Below, piece by piece: positions 39,696 through 49,480 of a DNA stretch of 64,000 nucleotides. This DNA is from Candidatus Marinacidobacterium sp. Its GTDB lineage: Bacteria; Acidobacteriota; Vicinamibacteria; Marinacidobacterales; Marinacidobacteraceae. The stretch lies in NCBI GenBank assembly GCA_965204755.1, contig OZ242011.1, positions 3,840,001-3,904,000 on the forward strand, read 5' to 3'. A program made the position numbers and the translations under genes. The notes below the pieces were generated by a model. That model was not told where the DNA came from, made no database searches, and saw nothing but the letters and a program-made list of their open reading frames with translations. Each line of letters opens with the position of its first letter. Within the stretch, counting starts at the first letter, position 1.

Positions 39696-41118
39696 CGAAG
39701 CGGAGCGGGCCGATCTTCGGGATCTCCGTCGGGAGGGAGTGCAATTGCATCTGCTCTTCCCACGCGCGCCGCTCCACCCCGGCGGCGGCGACCGCGAGGC
39801 CGACCCGGCGCCGGTAGGTGCGGGTCAGGAAGCGCTCGCCGGGGGCGCCGCCGAGCCCCGAGCCGGGGAAGGTTCCGGCGGTGGAGCGGACGCGGATCGC
39901 GATCTCCACGCCCCTCACGATGTGGGCGCCGAGTTGCGCGGCGGTCCGCATGTCGCCGACGAAGCCGGGCGGTTCGTCGAGGAGGGCGTCGGCGTTCGCG
40001 CCGGTCACATAGCGGATCTGCAGGTCCTCCACGAAGCCGGCCGGCTGGGAAGGCAGTTCGTCCACCCGCCGCATGAGCACCCGCCGCGGGTCGGCGCCGC
40101 CGCCGCGGGGTTCGCGCACCCAGTAGCGGATCCGGGAGACCGGGACGATGCCGGGCCGCCCCAGGCCGAAGAGGCCGAAGCCTTCCCCTTCTCCCGCCCC
40201 GGCCCCGCTCCCGCCCTTGCCTTTTCCTCCTTTGCTCCCGCCGACCTTGGTCGACAGCGCCTCGAGCATCGAGCCGACCGCCTTCCCGGTGAGGTCGGAG
40301 ACGATCGGCGTCCCGGCTGACGGAAGCGCCGCGTCGATCACGCCGCCCAGCAGGCTCTGGAGCCCGCGCTCCAGCAGGCCCCCGCCGCTGCCGGGAGAGA
40401 AGGTGTCCGCGTCCACCGTCGCCCGGAAGCGGCTGTGCCAGGCGCCGGTCTCCGGGGCGATGGTGATCCGCGCCCCGGTCGGGGCGTCCTGCTTCGGCGG
40501 GGGCTGCTTCGGGCCGCTCCCGCCGGGCGTCCCCGTCCCTCCCGGTTTCGGGAGCGAACCGGTGATCTTGCCGAGGCCGCCGCCGCCCCCGGCGGAGACG
40601 CCCCGCACGCGGCCGAAGACCCAGCGCGGGGTCATCTCGTCGTCGTTGAAGACGACCACCCAGAGCGCGCGGTTCTCGTCCGCCGGGCGCGCGAGCCGCG
40701 AGGCCGGGGTCTCCAGCGTGACCGTCCGGCCGTCGAAGGCGGTCACCGGCTCGAAGGCCGCCTCGACCACCCGCTCCGGGGAGGCGAGGAAGTCCAGCCC
40801 GTCGGCGGCGCCGCCCCCTGACCCGCCGCCGTTCCCCGCCGGGCCGATGTCGCTGAACACCGGGATCTCCACCGGGAGCCCGGAGCCGGCGCGGGCCACA
40901 TCGAGCGCGATCCGGTCGAGCACCGCCTCCCCGTCCTGCCGCATGGCGGCCAGTTCCGGTTCGGTGCGGAAGGACGCGCGGCCCTGCCGCAGGATCTGCA
41001 GGAAGCCGGCGGTGATGCCCAGGGTGAGGCCCATGGCCACGATGGCCTCGGCGAGCGTGAATCCGGCGCCGCGCGGGCCGGGAGGGAGGGCGCGCGCCGC
41101 GCCGGGTTCCGCGGGCAT
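39679..41118 (-). CDS. Prepilin-type minor pilin, PilW-like
   Basis: G|FTLAE cleavage motif plus hydrophobic helix; IRYWV..LMRRV..VEDLQIRY C-terminal pattern. Confidence 0.75.
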   Translation of the reverse strand: MPAEPGAARALPPGPRGAGFTLAEAIVAMGLTLGITAGFLQILRQGRASFRTEPELAAMRQDGEAVLDRIALDVARAGSGLPVEIPVFSDIGPAGNGGGSGGGAADGLDFLASPERVVEAAFEPVTAFDGRTVTLETPASRLARPADENRALWVVVFNDDEMTPRWVFGRVRGVSAGGGGGLGKITGSLPKPGGTGTPGGSGPKQPPPKQDAPTGARITIAPETGAWHSRFRATVDADTFSPGSGGGLLERGLQSLLGGVIDAALPSAGTPIVSDLTGKAVGSMLEALSTKVGGSKGGKGKGGSGAGAGEGEGFGLFGLGRPGIVPVSRIRYWVREPRGGGADPRRVLMRRVDELPSQPAGFVEDLQIRYVTGANADALLDEPPGFVGDMRTAAQLGAHIVRGVEIAIRVRSTAGTFPGSGLGGAPGERFLTRTYRRRVGLAVAAAGVERRAWEEQMQLHSLPTEIPKIGPLRFVKLPW

Positions 41119-41120
41119 CG

Positions 41121-44100
41121 TCAGAACGGCGAACGGCGGAGGCCTTCGACGAAGAAGGTGATCTCGGTCAGGGCGCCTTCGCTGACCTTGAAGCGGAAAT
41201 CCCCGATCACGGTGTCGAAGACGCCGCCGCCGGACTGGCTGACGCCCAGGGCCACATTCCCCGACGAGGAGACGCTCAGGCCCCGGATCCGGCCCGCGCC
41301 GTACTCGATGGCGGCGCTGCCGCCGAGCGCGCCCGGCGCCGGCGCGCCGGTCAGCCCGTTGAACGCGCGCAGGCGGGAGACGCCCACGCCGGTCACGGTC
41401 GATCCGCAGGTCACTTCCGCCGCTGCCGCCGCCGTGGTGGCCAGCAGGACTTCCACCGCGCCGCGCCCGATCCGCACCGCGGGGTTGCCCTGCGGCGCCT
41501 CGCCGGCCGGAAGGTCCCGCCGCCAGACTTCCTCGAGCCGCCCGGAGGTCTCCCGCAGCAGGACGAGGCCGGCCGGCTCGCCGGCGACGCGCCGGTCGCC
41601 TCCGGTGACCACCAGCAGGTGCGGCTCGTATCTCCCCGGAAAGGGAAACGCCACCGGCCGGGTCACGATCGGGCGCTTGCCCCCGAGTCGATGGGCCACC
41701 GTCAGGCGCCGTCCCGCTTCGTCGAGGGCGAGCCGGTGGACTTGTCCGTGGAGGTCGCCCAGGTACAGCCGGGTCACCAGGTCGCTCGCCTCCGGATTCG
41801 CCCAACTCGGCCTCCAGGGCGCCGGGGCGGTGGGGGCGCCGTTCTTGTCGATCTCGGGATCCTCGCCCGCCGCCAGGCGATGGCGGCGGCGGATCCGCCC
41901 GGTTCCCGGCGCGATCTCGAACAGCCACTCCCCGGAGTCGTCGGAGGCGCTGCCCGCGCCTCCGGCGGCGAACGCGGTCCACTCGCTTCCGCCCCCGGCG
42001 CCGGCCGGCGCCTCGACCAGCAGCGGCGGCGGGGTCTCCCCGAACCCGTCGGCCGCGCCGTCGTCCATGGCGACCCGGTTGCCCAGGTGGAACAGGAGTT
42101 TCGGCAGGCCCCGGCCGCCCGCGCGCGGGCGCTCCACCCGGTGGGTCCCGTTCCAGTCGCCGCCCACTTCGCTGACATCGAGCGCGGTGACGAACCGGCC
42201 GCCGAAGTCCCGGCCGAAGGCGAGCACCGTCGACCACTCGCCGGTCTCCCGCAGATAGACATCCCGCACCACCGGCGAACCGGCGAGCGTGTACCGGCCG
42301 ACCAGGCCCACCTGCCGGTCGGGGGCGCGCGTGGCGTAACCCGCGGCGAGTTCGCGCAGGATCACGCGGCCGAGGCCGGCCCCGGTATGCCAGTGGTAAA
42401 CCCCGCGGTCCCGCTCTTCCGCGGTCGGGCCGAGGACCTCCGCCGGGATGAAGGCGAAGAGTTCTTCGCCGGTGTCCGCCGCGAACGCGTGGAGCATCCC
42501 GCCTCCGGTCGCCAGGTACGCCACCGTCCGGCGGTTCACCCGGCGTTCGAAGAACCGGCGGTAGGCGGCGCGGTTGCGGGGGGCCGCGTCCGGATGGAGG
42601 GGAGGACTCCCCGCCGCCACCGGGCTCGCCAAACTCTCGCGGAGTTTCCAGGTCCCGACGCCGCCCGTGAAGTGGGGCCGCCCGTCGGGCCCGTAGATGG
42701 TGTCGGTTTCGGGGTGGACCGCGACCCGCTCGCCGCGGATCAGCCGGACCGCCATCTCCGCGGCGTCGGCGCCGTTCCGCGCCCCGTGGCCGTCGAGTTC
42801 GCGCAGGAAGCCGTACTGCACCCCGAGGTCCGCGGCGGTGACCGTTCCCACCTCGAACCGGCGGAGACGGGTCTCCCCGGCGCGGTGGAAGAGGATCAGG
42901 CGGCTGGCCGGGTCGCGCCGTTCGAGCCGCGCGCCGGCGTCCCAGATCACCGGAGCGCCGGGATCGTCCGGGTCGGCGTCGGGGTCGGTCGGGGACGGCG
43001 CGGACGCCGGCGCGCCGCCGTACACCGGGCGGGCGACGAGCCGGCCCCGCAACCGGCCCAGGTCGGCGCTGGTGCTGAGGAGCACATTGTCCGCGTAGCC
43101 GTTGCGGAGCCGGAGGACCTCCGCCAACTTCTTCGGCTCGCTCGGGTCGGCCACCAGGGCGTCCCTGGCCCGGGTCGGGTCCGTTCCGGCGAAGGCGTCG
43201 GTCGGGCCGCTCGCCACCAGTTCCTTCACCGTGGCGAGACGGGGGGCGCCGACCTTCACCTCTCCTTCCGGCAGGGTCACCGCCCGCAGCACCTCGTCGA
43301 GGGCTTCCGCGAGGGACTCGGCCCGGGTCGCGTGGTAGGCGGACCGCCTGAGGTTCGATCCCATCCAGGCCAGGTGGTTGGTGAGGCCGCGTTCGAAACT
43401 CCGGCCGCTCCCGAAGCCGATGATGTAGATGTCGCCGATGCCGGCGTCCGGGTCGCCGTCGTTCAGGTCGTAGAAGGCGGCCTTCGCCTTGAGTCCGGCG
43501 TTCATGCCGGAGAGTTCGTACCGGCGGGCGCGGCGGGGAGGATCGGGTTCCGGGGTCCGGTCGCCTCGCCGGAGCGTGGCGCGCCAGGAGGCGAACCGCT
43601 CCGGAGGCGGAGCGAGCGGGTCGCGCCAGACCCGGTCATCGCACTCGCAGGTGTCCATCCCGTCGGTGAGCAGGAGGACGATGTTCTGCTGGCCCGGTTC
43701 GAGGTCGGAGATCGCCTCGTTGCGGATGTGGGCCGCGAGTTGGCGCAGGCCGACGCCGTTCGGCGTGATGTCGGCGTTCGGGTAGGGCGGGAGTTGCTCG
43801 AGCGCCTCCGCCCGGGCGGCGGCGGCGTCGCAGCCGGCGGCGGTCGTCCGGAGAACCATGCCGGCGCAGGGGGCGTCGCGCCAGACCGGGGGGCCGGGCG
43901 GCGACCCCGGAGGGAGGCCGACCCCGCGGGTGGGGTCGGCGCAGGCCGCCTCCATCGGCGGCTTCGGGGGCCAGTCCCAGCGGTACGCCCGGAAGGAGGC
44001 GATGCGCCAGTGGACGAGCGGCTCGCCCGCCGCGGACACCAGGGTGCGGATGGCGTGTTCCAGGGTCTCCCGCGCCACGGCGTGGCGGGTGCGGCGGCCG

Positions 44101-44324
44101 ATGCGGATCGTCATCGAGGTCGAGGTGTCGAACAGGACCCAGACGCGGGGCCGGGCGTCGCTCCGGACCAGACCCAGCGGATCCCGTCCCCGCTCGACCG
44201 GCAGCGGGGCGTCGGCCGCCGCGGCGGCGGGCGCCGCCGGCGGGGGGCGAACGCCGGAGCCGCCGCCGGAAGGAGCGGAGACGGCGAAGACCAGCGCGGC
44301 GGCGGCGGCGGCGCGGAGTCGCAC
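41121..44324 (-). CDS. pilY1: PilY1/PilC-like pilus tip adhesin (vWA plus beta-propeller)
   Basis: VLFDTSTSM and LLLTDG vWA motifs; GMLHAF.A.TGEELFAFIP; GSPVVRDV; LYLGDL.G.V.R. Confidence 0.85.
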   Translation of the reverse strand: MRLRAAAAAALVFAVSAPSGGGSGVRPPPAAPAAAAADAPLPVERGRDPLGLVRSDARPRVWVLFDTSTSMTIRIGRRTRHAVARETLEHAIRTLVSAAGEPLVHWRIASFRAYRWDWPPKPPMEAACADPTRGVGLPPGSPPGPPVWRDAPCAGMVLRTTAAGCDAAAARAEALEQLPPYPNADITPNGVGLRQLAAHIRNEAISDLEPGQQNIVLLLTDGMDTCECDDRVWRDPLAPPPERFASWRATLRRGDRTPEPDPPRRARRYELSGMNAGLKAKAAFYDLNDGDPDAGIGDIYIIGFGSGRSFERGLTNHLAWMGSNLRRSAYHATRAESLAEALDEVLRAVTLPEGEVKVGAPRLATVKELVASGPTDAFAGTDPTRARDALVADPSEPKKLAEVLRLRNGYADNVLLSTSADLGRLRGRLVARPVYGGAPASAPSPTDPDADPDDPGAPVIWDAGARLERRDPASRLILFHRAGETRLRRFEVGTVTAADLGVQYGFLRELDGHGARNGADAAEMAVRLIRGERVAVHPETDTIYGPDGRPHFTGGVGTWKLRESLASPVAAGSPPLHPDAAPRNRAAYRRFFERRVNRRTVAYLATGGGMLHAFAADTGEELFAFIPAEVLGPTAEERDRGVYHWHTGAGLGRVILRELAAGYATRAPDRQVGLVGRYTLAGSPVVRDVYLRETGEWSTVLAFGRDFGGRFVTALDVSEVGGDWNGTHRVERPRAGGRGLPKLLFHLGNRVAMDDGAADGFGETPPPLLVEAPAGAGGGSEWTAFAAGGAGSASDDSGEWLFEIAPGTGRIRRRHRLAAGEDPEIDKNGAPTAPAPWRPSWANPEASDLVTRLYLGDLHGQVHRLALDEAGRRLTVAHRLGGKRPIVTRPVAFPFPGRYEPHLLVVTGGDRRVAGEPAGLVLLRETSGRLEEVWRRDLPAGEAPQGNPAVRIGRGAVEVLLATTAAAAAEVTCGSTVTGVGVSRLRAFNGLTGAPAPGALGGSAAIEYGAGRIRGLSVSSSGNVALGVSQSGGGVFDTVIGDFRFKVSEGALTEITFFVEGLRRSPF

Positions 44325-44341
44325 GGCGGAGTCCTCGCCCT

Positions 44342-45127
44342 TCAGCGGATCCGGCGGACGCCGCCGCCGCTCCCCTGCCCCCAGTTGGTCAGGTCGTCGG
44401 CGTAACCCGGCGAGTCGGCCTCCCCCCCGCCGGGGCGGAGGGCGAGCCGGAGGGTCATCTCCCAGCGGACCACCGCATGGGGCGCGTCGGGCGACTCCGG
44501 CGGCGGATGCCGGGCCTCCGCGGTGAGGATCGCCCGGTCGTCGCCGGGCGCGTCACCGGCCCCGACCACCGGGCGGCGGATCCAGACCGTGGCGCCCGGG
44601 GACTCCGGGCGGCCGTCGCCGTCGAGGTCCGGCGACCATCCCCCGGCCGGAGCGCGCGCGTCGAAGAGCATCCCCCTCCCCGAAACATCCCGGAGGACCC
44701 GCCCGACATAGGTCCGGGAGAGCGTTCCCGCCATCGTCTCGTCCCGGAAGAACTCGTAGTCCCGGCAGCCGGCGGCGCTCGGGTTTCCGCAGGCCGCGCC
44801 GTCGGCGGGCCGCCCCGCGCCCCAGGCGGCGCCGGGCGCGACGGAAACCGAATTCCGGGCGGGAGGGAGCGCCCGGGAGAAGTCGTCGTCCCGGCGCGCG
44901 TGTTCGGCGAGCAGGGCCTTGGCGATTTCCAGCCCGGCCCGCGCCCGGGCGTCGGCGACCGCCGCCCAGCGGGCGTTGCGGGCCACATCGCCGTCCGCGC
45001 CGGTGGTGATGACCACGGTCGCGGAGAGACCGGCCAAGGCCAGCACGAGCAGGAGCGCGAGCACCAGGGCGATCCCCCGCTCCCCGGCGCCCGACGCGCC
45101 GGAGGCCGTCCGCGGCGCGTTATTCAC
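44342..45127 (-). CDS. PilX-like minor pilin
   Basis: ERG|IALVLALLLVLALAGL (no Glu5); A...ARAGLE.A. Confidence 0.75.
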   Translation of the reverse strand: MNNAPRTASGASGAGERGIALVLALLLVLALAGLSATVVITTGADGDVARNARWAAVADARARAGLEIAKALLAEHARRDDDFSRALPPARNSVSVAPGAAWGAGRPADGAACGNPSAAGCRDYEFFRDETMAGTLSRTYVGRVLRDVSGRGMLFDARAPAGGWSPDLDGDGRPESPGATVWIRRPVVGAGDAPGDDRAILTAEARHPPPESPDAPHAVVRWEMTLRLALRPGGGEADSPGYADDLTNWGQGSGGGVRRIR

Positions 45128-45620
45128 GGTTCGCCACCCGGATGGAGTCGAGCCGGGCGACCGCGCCGCGTCCGGAGGCCGGGAGCGCGAGCACCTCGAA
45201 ACCGAGCGCCGCCAGCCGTCCGCTGCCCGCGGGAGCGAGTTCGCGGATCCGCCAGCGGGCCTCCCAGACCGCGCCCGGGCCTTGGGTCGGACGGCCTTCG
45301 GCGTCGAACCAGCGCCGGTAACCCGGCGCCGCGGGGCCGCTCCGGGAGACGCTCCCGCCGGGCGCGACAGCGGCGTGGTGCCCGGAGAGCGGCCAGGCGC
45401 GGCGCATCGGCGCGGCCTGCAGTTCCTCGAGTTGGGACCTCGCGATGCGGGTGACCGCTCCGGACTCCTCGGCGATCCTCCGCGAGAACGCCGCCGCGGA
45501 CATCGCGCGGAGCAGTCCTCCCCCGGCCGTCACCAGGAGGACGGCGGCGAACAGCACCTCGACCAGCGAGTAGCCGGCCTCCGGTGGAGCGGTTCGGGGT
45601 TTCGTCGGGCGGCGCGGCAT
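45120..45620 (-). CDS. PilV-like minor pilin
   Basis: AG|YSLVEVLFA; A.SQLEEL. Confidence 0.75.
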   Translation of the reverse strand: MPRRPTKPRTAPPEAGYSLVEVLFAAVLLVTAGGGLLRAMSAAAFSRRIAEESGAVTRIARSQLEELQAAPMRRAWPLSGHHAAVAPGGSVSRSGPAAPGYRRWFDAEGRPTQGPGAVWEARWRIRELAPAGSGRLAALGFEVLALPASGRGAVARLDSIRVANRE

Positions 45621-45843
45621 CTCGCGGTTCCGCCCGTGGAGAACGGGAGTCGCCGCCCTTTCGCGCCGCCCCCCGCAGCGGAACGAAGAAACTTGTCGAA
45701 CCGGGGGGTCAGCGCAACACCGGACTCCCCGGTCCGTCTTTCCGTCGGCGGCGGGCGCCCGTTCCGGCGCGCCGCAACGGCGAACCGATCTCCCGTCGGA
45801 GCCCGTCCGCTCCGGCCCCGGGGGCGGCGCCGGCCCTCGCCCG

Positions 45844-46656
45844 CTACGGCTCGAACAGGGCGGCCCGAACGAAGCAGGCCGCGCCGGCGAGACAGAGCGC
45901 GGCCCCGAAGGGCAGCGGGGTGTCCCGGCGGATGCGGCCGAGCAGCAGCAGGGGCAGCGCGGCGAGGAGGCCGAGGCCGGAAGCGAGGACGAGGGCGCGG
46001 AGGACTCCGGCGGGGCCCAGGAAGGCGCCCAGCAGGAGTTCGAGTTTCAGGTCACCGCGCCCGATCGCCTCCACCCCGCGAAACCGGAGCCAGAGCCCGC
46101 GGAGTCCCGCGAGCAGCCCGAACCCGAGCGCCGCGCCGGCGGCCGACTCGAGGAGGGTGAGATCGGGCCGGGGAACGGCCAGGAGGAATCCCGCCCCGGC
46201 GCCGCCGAGGGTCAGGGCGTCGGGAAGCACCAATCGCTCCCAGTCGGTCACCAGCAGCGTCAGCGTCAGGCAGAGGAAGAGGAACCAGGCCGCGAGGAGC
46301 GCCGGCTCCGGAACCAGCGCGGCCCCGGACAGGGCGGCCGCCGCTCCTCCGGCTTCCACCAGGGGGTAGCGGAGCGGGATGCCCGCCCGGCAGTCGCGGC
46401 AGCGCCCGGCGAGCGCGGCGTAGGAGACCAGCGGCAGGTTGTCGCGGATCCGGATCGGCGAGCCGCACCGCGGACAGCGGGATCGCCCCCGGAGCGGGGA
46501 CTCGCCGCGCGGGAGCCGTGTCGCGACCGAGTTGAGGAACGAACCGACCGCCAAGCCCACGAGGCCGGCGAATACCAGGCCGCCCGCGCCGACCGGAAGG
46601 CTCGCGAATCCCCAGTCGGCGGCGCCGAAGGGCGGATACCCGGACGAGAACGGCAC
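45844..46656 (-). CDS. pilD: Prepilin peptidase
   Basis: GSFLNSV..RLP, SRCPRC, GRCRDC, RYPLVE, G.GDLKL, PFGAAL; start estimated. Confidence 0.92.
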   Translation of the reverse strand: MPFSSGYPPFGAADWGFASLPVGAGGLVFAGLVGLAVGSFLNSVATRLPRGESPLRGRSRCPRCGSPIRIRDNLPLVSYAALAGRCRDCRAGIPLRYPLVEAGGAAAALSGAALVPEPALLAAWFLFLCLTLTLLVTDWERLVLPDALTLGGAGAGFLLAVPRPDLTLLESAAGAALGFGLLAGLRGLWLRFRGVEAIGRGDLKLELLLGAFLGPAGVLRALVLASGLGLLAALPLLLLGRIRRDTPLPFGAALCLAGAACFVRAALFEP

Positions 46657-46666
46657 GGCCCCGGCC

Positions 46667-46895
46667 TTAGCAGCCCGTGGAAAAAGCGCCCCGCCGTCCA
46701 CTCCTCGACGCAAGGGCGCCGAGTCCGCGTTCGGTTTCGCGGCGGGGCGCTCTTCCCACGGCCCGGCGGCGCGAATCGCTGCGCGATTCCCCCCGCCAAC
46801 TATCGCGGGGAGGGGGCCACCCCCTCCCCGCACCCCTCCCCGGTCGGCGCTTCGCGCCGACGGGCGCTCCCCGGACTTTCTCCACGGGCCGTTAG
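46667..46895 (+). mobile_element. MITE copy 1 (221-bp core 46671-46891 plus TTAG duplication)
   Basis: ttag|cagcccgtggaaaaag ... ctttctccacgggccg|ttag; highly similar inverted copy at 55516-55744. Confidence 0.88.
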
Positions 46896-47812
46896 CGGCG
46901 GCCGGGCTCACCGCCCCGGGGCCGTTCCGGATGGCCGGCCAGCGGCGACTCCGGGGAGATGCGCACAACCCCTTCCGGGAGGAGCAGGAACGGCGTTCCG
47001 GCGGGATCGAGCGGAGGGCCGGCGCCCCCGGCGGCTTCGCCCAAGTCGTCCCAGGTCACGGCGAACCTGCCCGCGCGCCGCCGGAACGCGGCGGCGGCCG
47101 CCGCCAGTTCGTCGCGCCGGTCGAGCGCGGCGATCTGGAGGAGGTGGGTCTCGGCGTTCGCCCGCTCGCGGGGGGTCTCCGCCTCCCGGGCGAGCGTGCT
47201 CCAGAGCGCGCGGGCCCCCGCCCGGTCGCCGGCGGCGGTCCCGGAGCGGGCGGCCAGGGCGAGGAGGTAGTCCGGGGCGCCGGGGCGCTCCGCCGCCGCG
47301 CGGAAAGTGGCGGCCGCGGCCGCGGAGTCGCCCCGGTGCCATTCCCGGATCAGGCCCAGGAGCAGCACCGCCCGCCAGTCGCTCCGCCGCCGGCGCGTCC
47401 AGTCCTCCAACAGGGCCTCGGCGCGCTCCGGCCGCCCGGCGCCGAGCGGGGGCGGCTCGGCGAGCAGCAGTGAGCCGTCCACCGCCGCCGCGCGGAGTTC
47501 CGGGTCGAAACGCAGCGCGAGGGTCGCGAGCGGGGCCAGCAGCGGATAGTCCGGAGCGGCGGCGCGGCGGCGGGCTCCGTAGTACTGGACCGCGCTGAGC
47601 CAGATGCCGTCCGCGGTCAGCCGCCGAAATCCCGGCGGCAGGGCGCGGATCGTCTCCGGGTCGAGTTCCCCGGCGGCGGCGACCCACCCCGGCGGGCGGA
47701 GCGCCTCTTCCCCGCCCCCGGCGCCCCGCCCCCCTTCCCCGGTGAGGGCCGCGGCCGCGAGCAGCGCCGCCGGGAGGAGCCCGGCGGCGGCGAGCCGGAC
47801 AGCGCCGAACAA
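46892..47812 (-). CDS. TPR-like pilus accessory protein (Myxococcus PilG-like position)
   Basis: AD..WL.AVQYYG; helical repeats; PLDPAGTPF C-terminus; synteny with the ABC genes and pilD. Confidence 0.65.
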   Translation of the reverse strand: MFGAVRLAAAGLLPAALLAAAALTGEGGRGAGGGEEALRPPGWVAAAGELDPETIRALPPGFRRLTADGIWLSAVQYYGARRRAAAPDYPLLAPLATLALRFDPELRAAAVDGSLLLAEPPPLGAGRPERAEALLEDWTRRRRSDWRAVLLLGLIREWHRGDSAAAAATFRAAAERPGAPDYLLALAARSGTAAGDRAGARALWSTLAREAETPRERANAETHLLQIAALDRRDELAAAAAAFRRRAGRFAVTWDDLGEAAGGAGPPLDPAGTPFLLLPEGVVRISPESPLAGHPERPRGGEPGRR

Positions 47813-47824
47813 CGGCCGGTCCCC

Positions 47825-48661
47825 TCAGCCCCCGCCCGCGCCCCGGCGGCCGGCGAACAGGGCGAGCGCCGCGGCGAGCGCCGCGCCCGCGTAGAGCGCG
47901 GCGTAGAGCAGGGCGTGGAGGCCGAGCGGGAAGAGCCCCTCGCCGGGCGCCGCCGGGTCGAGGCGCGAGAAGTCGGGGAGGAGCAGGCGGAGCAGGCGGT
48001 AGGCGAGCGGTCCGGCGGAAGCGTCCCCGAACGCAGGATCCGGGGGGGAGGTCGGCAGGAAGCCGGCGAGCGCCGCCGCTCCGGCCAGGATCGCGGCGGC
48101 CGCCGGCGGGACCAGCGTGGAGAAGAGCAGCGCCAGCGCGAGCACGACGAGGAGGCGGAGCCCGAGGAACCAGCCGAAGCCGAACAGCCCGGCGAGGCCG
48201 CCCTCGGGTCCGCCGCCGAACAGGGCCGCCCCGAACCCGAGCAACGCGGAAGCGAGCGCCGTCCAGGCGAACAGGCCGGCGGCGAGCCCCAGAAACCTTC
48301 CGCCGAGGAGGAGCGAGGGCGAGACCGGCGCCGCCAGCGCCGCGCGGTCGAGCGCCCCTCCCCGTCCGGCGAGACCGCTCCCGTGCGCCAGCGCGAGCGC
48401 CCAGCCGAGGAGCCCGGCCGCAGCGGCGCCCGCGTGGCGGACCAGCCGGCCTTCCCCGTCGAGGGTGGCCCCGGAGAGCAGGGCGGCCGCGAACAGGCCG
48501 GCGGCGAGCGCGGCGAGCGCCGCCGGAAGGCTCCGGTCGCGCGCGAAACCCCGGCCCGTGATCCCGGCGGCGGCGGCGAGGACCCGCGCGCTCCGGCTCA
48601 TCCGACCGGCGGGGGGCGGATCCACTCGTTCGGCGGACGCCGGGATTCGGGGGGCGATCAC
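47825..48661 (-). CDS. ABC transporter permease (PilI-like)
   Basis: Multiple TM helices; L..PVS...LL.GRFLG; LLPDFSRLD; GTGA overlap with the ATPase stop. Confidence 0.75.
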   Translation of the reverse strand: MIAPRIPASAERVDPPPAGRMSRSARVLAAAAGITGRGFARDRSLPAALAALAAGLFAAALLSGATLDGEGRLVRHAGAAAAGLLGWALALAHGSGLAGRGGALDRAALAAPVSPSLLLGGRFLGLAAGLFAWTALASALLGFGAALFGGGPEGGLAGLFGFGWFLGLRLLVVLALALLFSTLVPPAAAAILAGAAALAGFLPTSPPDPAFGDASAGPLAYRLLRLLLPDFSRLDPAAPGEGLFPLGLHALLYAALYAGAALAAALALFAGRRGAGGG

Positions 48662-49422
48662 CGCGCGCCGCCGGCGGCGGCTTCGCGCAGCGCGGCGGCC
48701 AGGGGGTCCGGCGCCGCGCCGGATTCGGCGGACGCCGGAAGGAAGCGGCGCGTCGGGCCGGAGGCCGCGAGCGCCCCGTCGCGCAGCACGAACACCGAGT
48801 CTGCGAGCGCTTCGACGGCGGAGGCGGCGTGGAGGCTCAGGAGCACCGCCGCTCCCCGTTCGGCGGCGCGGCGAATCGCGGCGACGGCGCGCTCGCGCGC
48901 CAGCGGGTCGAGGCCGGTGAGGGGTTCGTCGAGGAGCAGGGCCGCCGGGCATCCCACGAGCGCCCGGGCGAGCGCCAGGCGGCGGCGGATTCCCCGGGAG
49001 CAGCGGCGGACCGGCATCCCCATCTCCCGGTCGAGGCCGAGTTCGGCCGCCGCGGCGGCGGCGAGCCCGCGGGAGTCGCGGCGGCCGGCGCCGGCGAGGA
49101 TCGCGGCGAACTCCAGGGTTTCGCCCACGGTCGCCGACCCCGGCCCGGTCTCCTCGTCGTCCGCGTAGCCGAGACCCCGACGGGCGCAGGCGCGGACCGC
49201 GGGAACACCGCCGAGCAGGGCGTCTCCGGAGTCCGGGCGGAGCAGTCCGGCCAGGAGGCGCAGCGCGGTCGTCTTTCCCGCCCCGTTCTCGCCGACCAGC
49301 GCGCCGACTTCGCCCGGACCGATCCGGAGGTCGAGACCGCGCACCGCCGGGCGGCGGACGAGGAGACCCCGCCCGCCGCGGGCCGGGAAGGCCCGCGTCA
49401 GCGCCCGGGCGCGGATGTCCAA
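48658..49422 (-). CDS. ABC transporter ATP-binding protein (PilH-like)
   Basis: GENGAGKTT, CSRGIRRR signature, LLLDEPLTGLDP; start estimated. Confidence 0.88.
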   Translation of the reverse strand: MDIRARALTRAFPARGGRGLLVRRPAVRGLDLRIGPGEVGALVGENGAGKTTALRLLAGLLRPDSGDALLGGVPAVRACARRGLGYADDEETGPGSATVGETLEFAAILAGAGRRDSRGLAAAAAAELGLDREMGMPVRRCSRGIRRRLALARALVGCPAALLLDEPLTGLDPLARERAVAAIRRAAERGAAVLLSLHAASAVEALADSVFVLRDGALAASGPTRRFLPASAESGAAPDPLAAALREAAAGGAR

Positions 49423-49480
49423 CGCACCGGTCCGGCGAACGCTGCGGGGGACGGACGCCCCTCCCGACGCGGCGCGGTCG

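Noticed and set aside
43560-43568. RGD motif in PilY1
   Set aside because: Easily arises by chance in an Arg/Gly-rich 1067-aa protein; no conservation evidence
46667-46968. Near-identical short ORFs (MEKAPRRPLLDARAPSP..) here and at 55516-55734, and the long pilD N-terminal extension
   Set aside because: They are translations of the MITE, not genes
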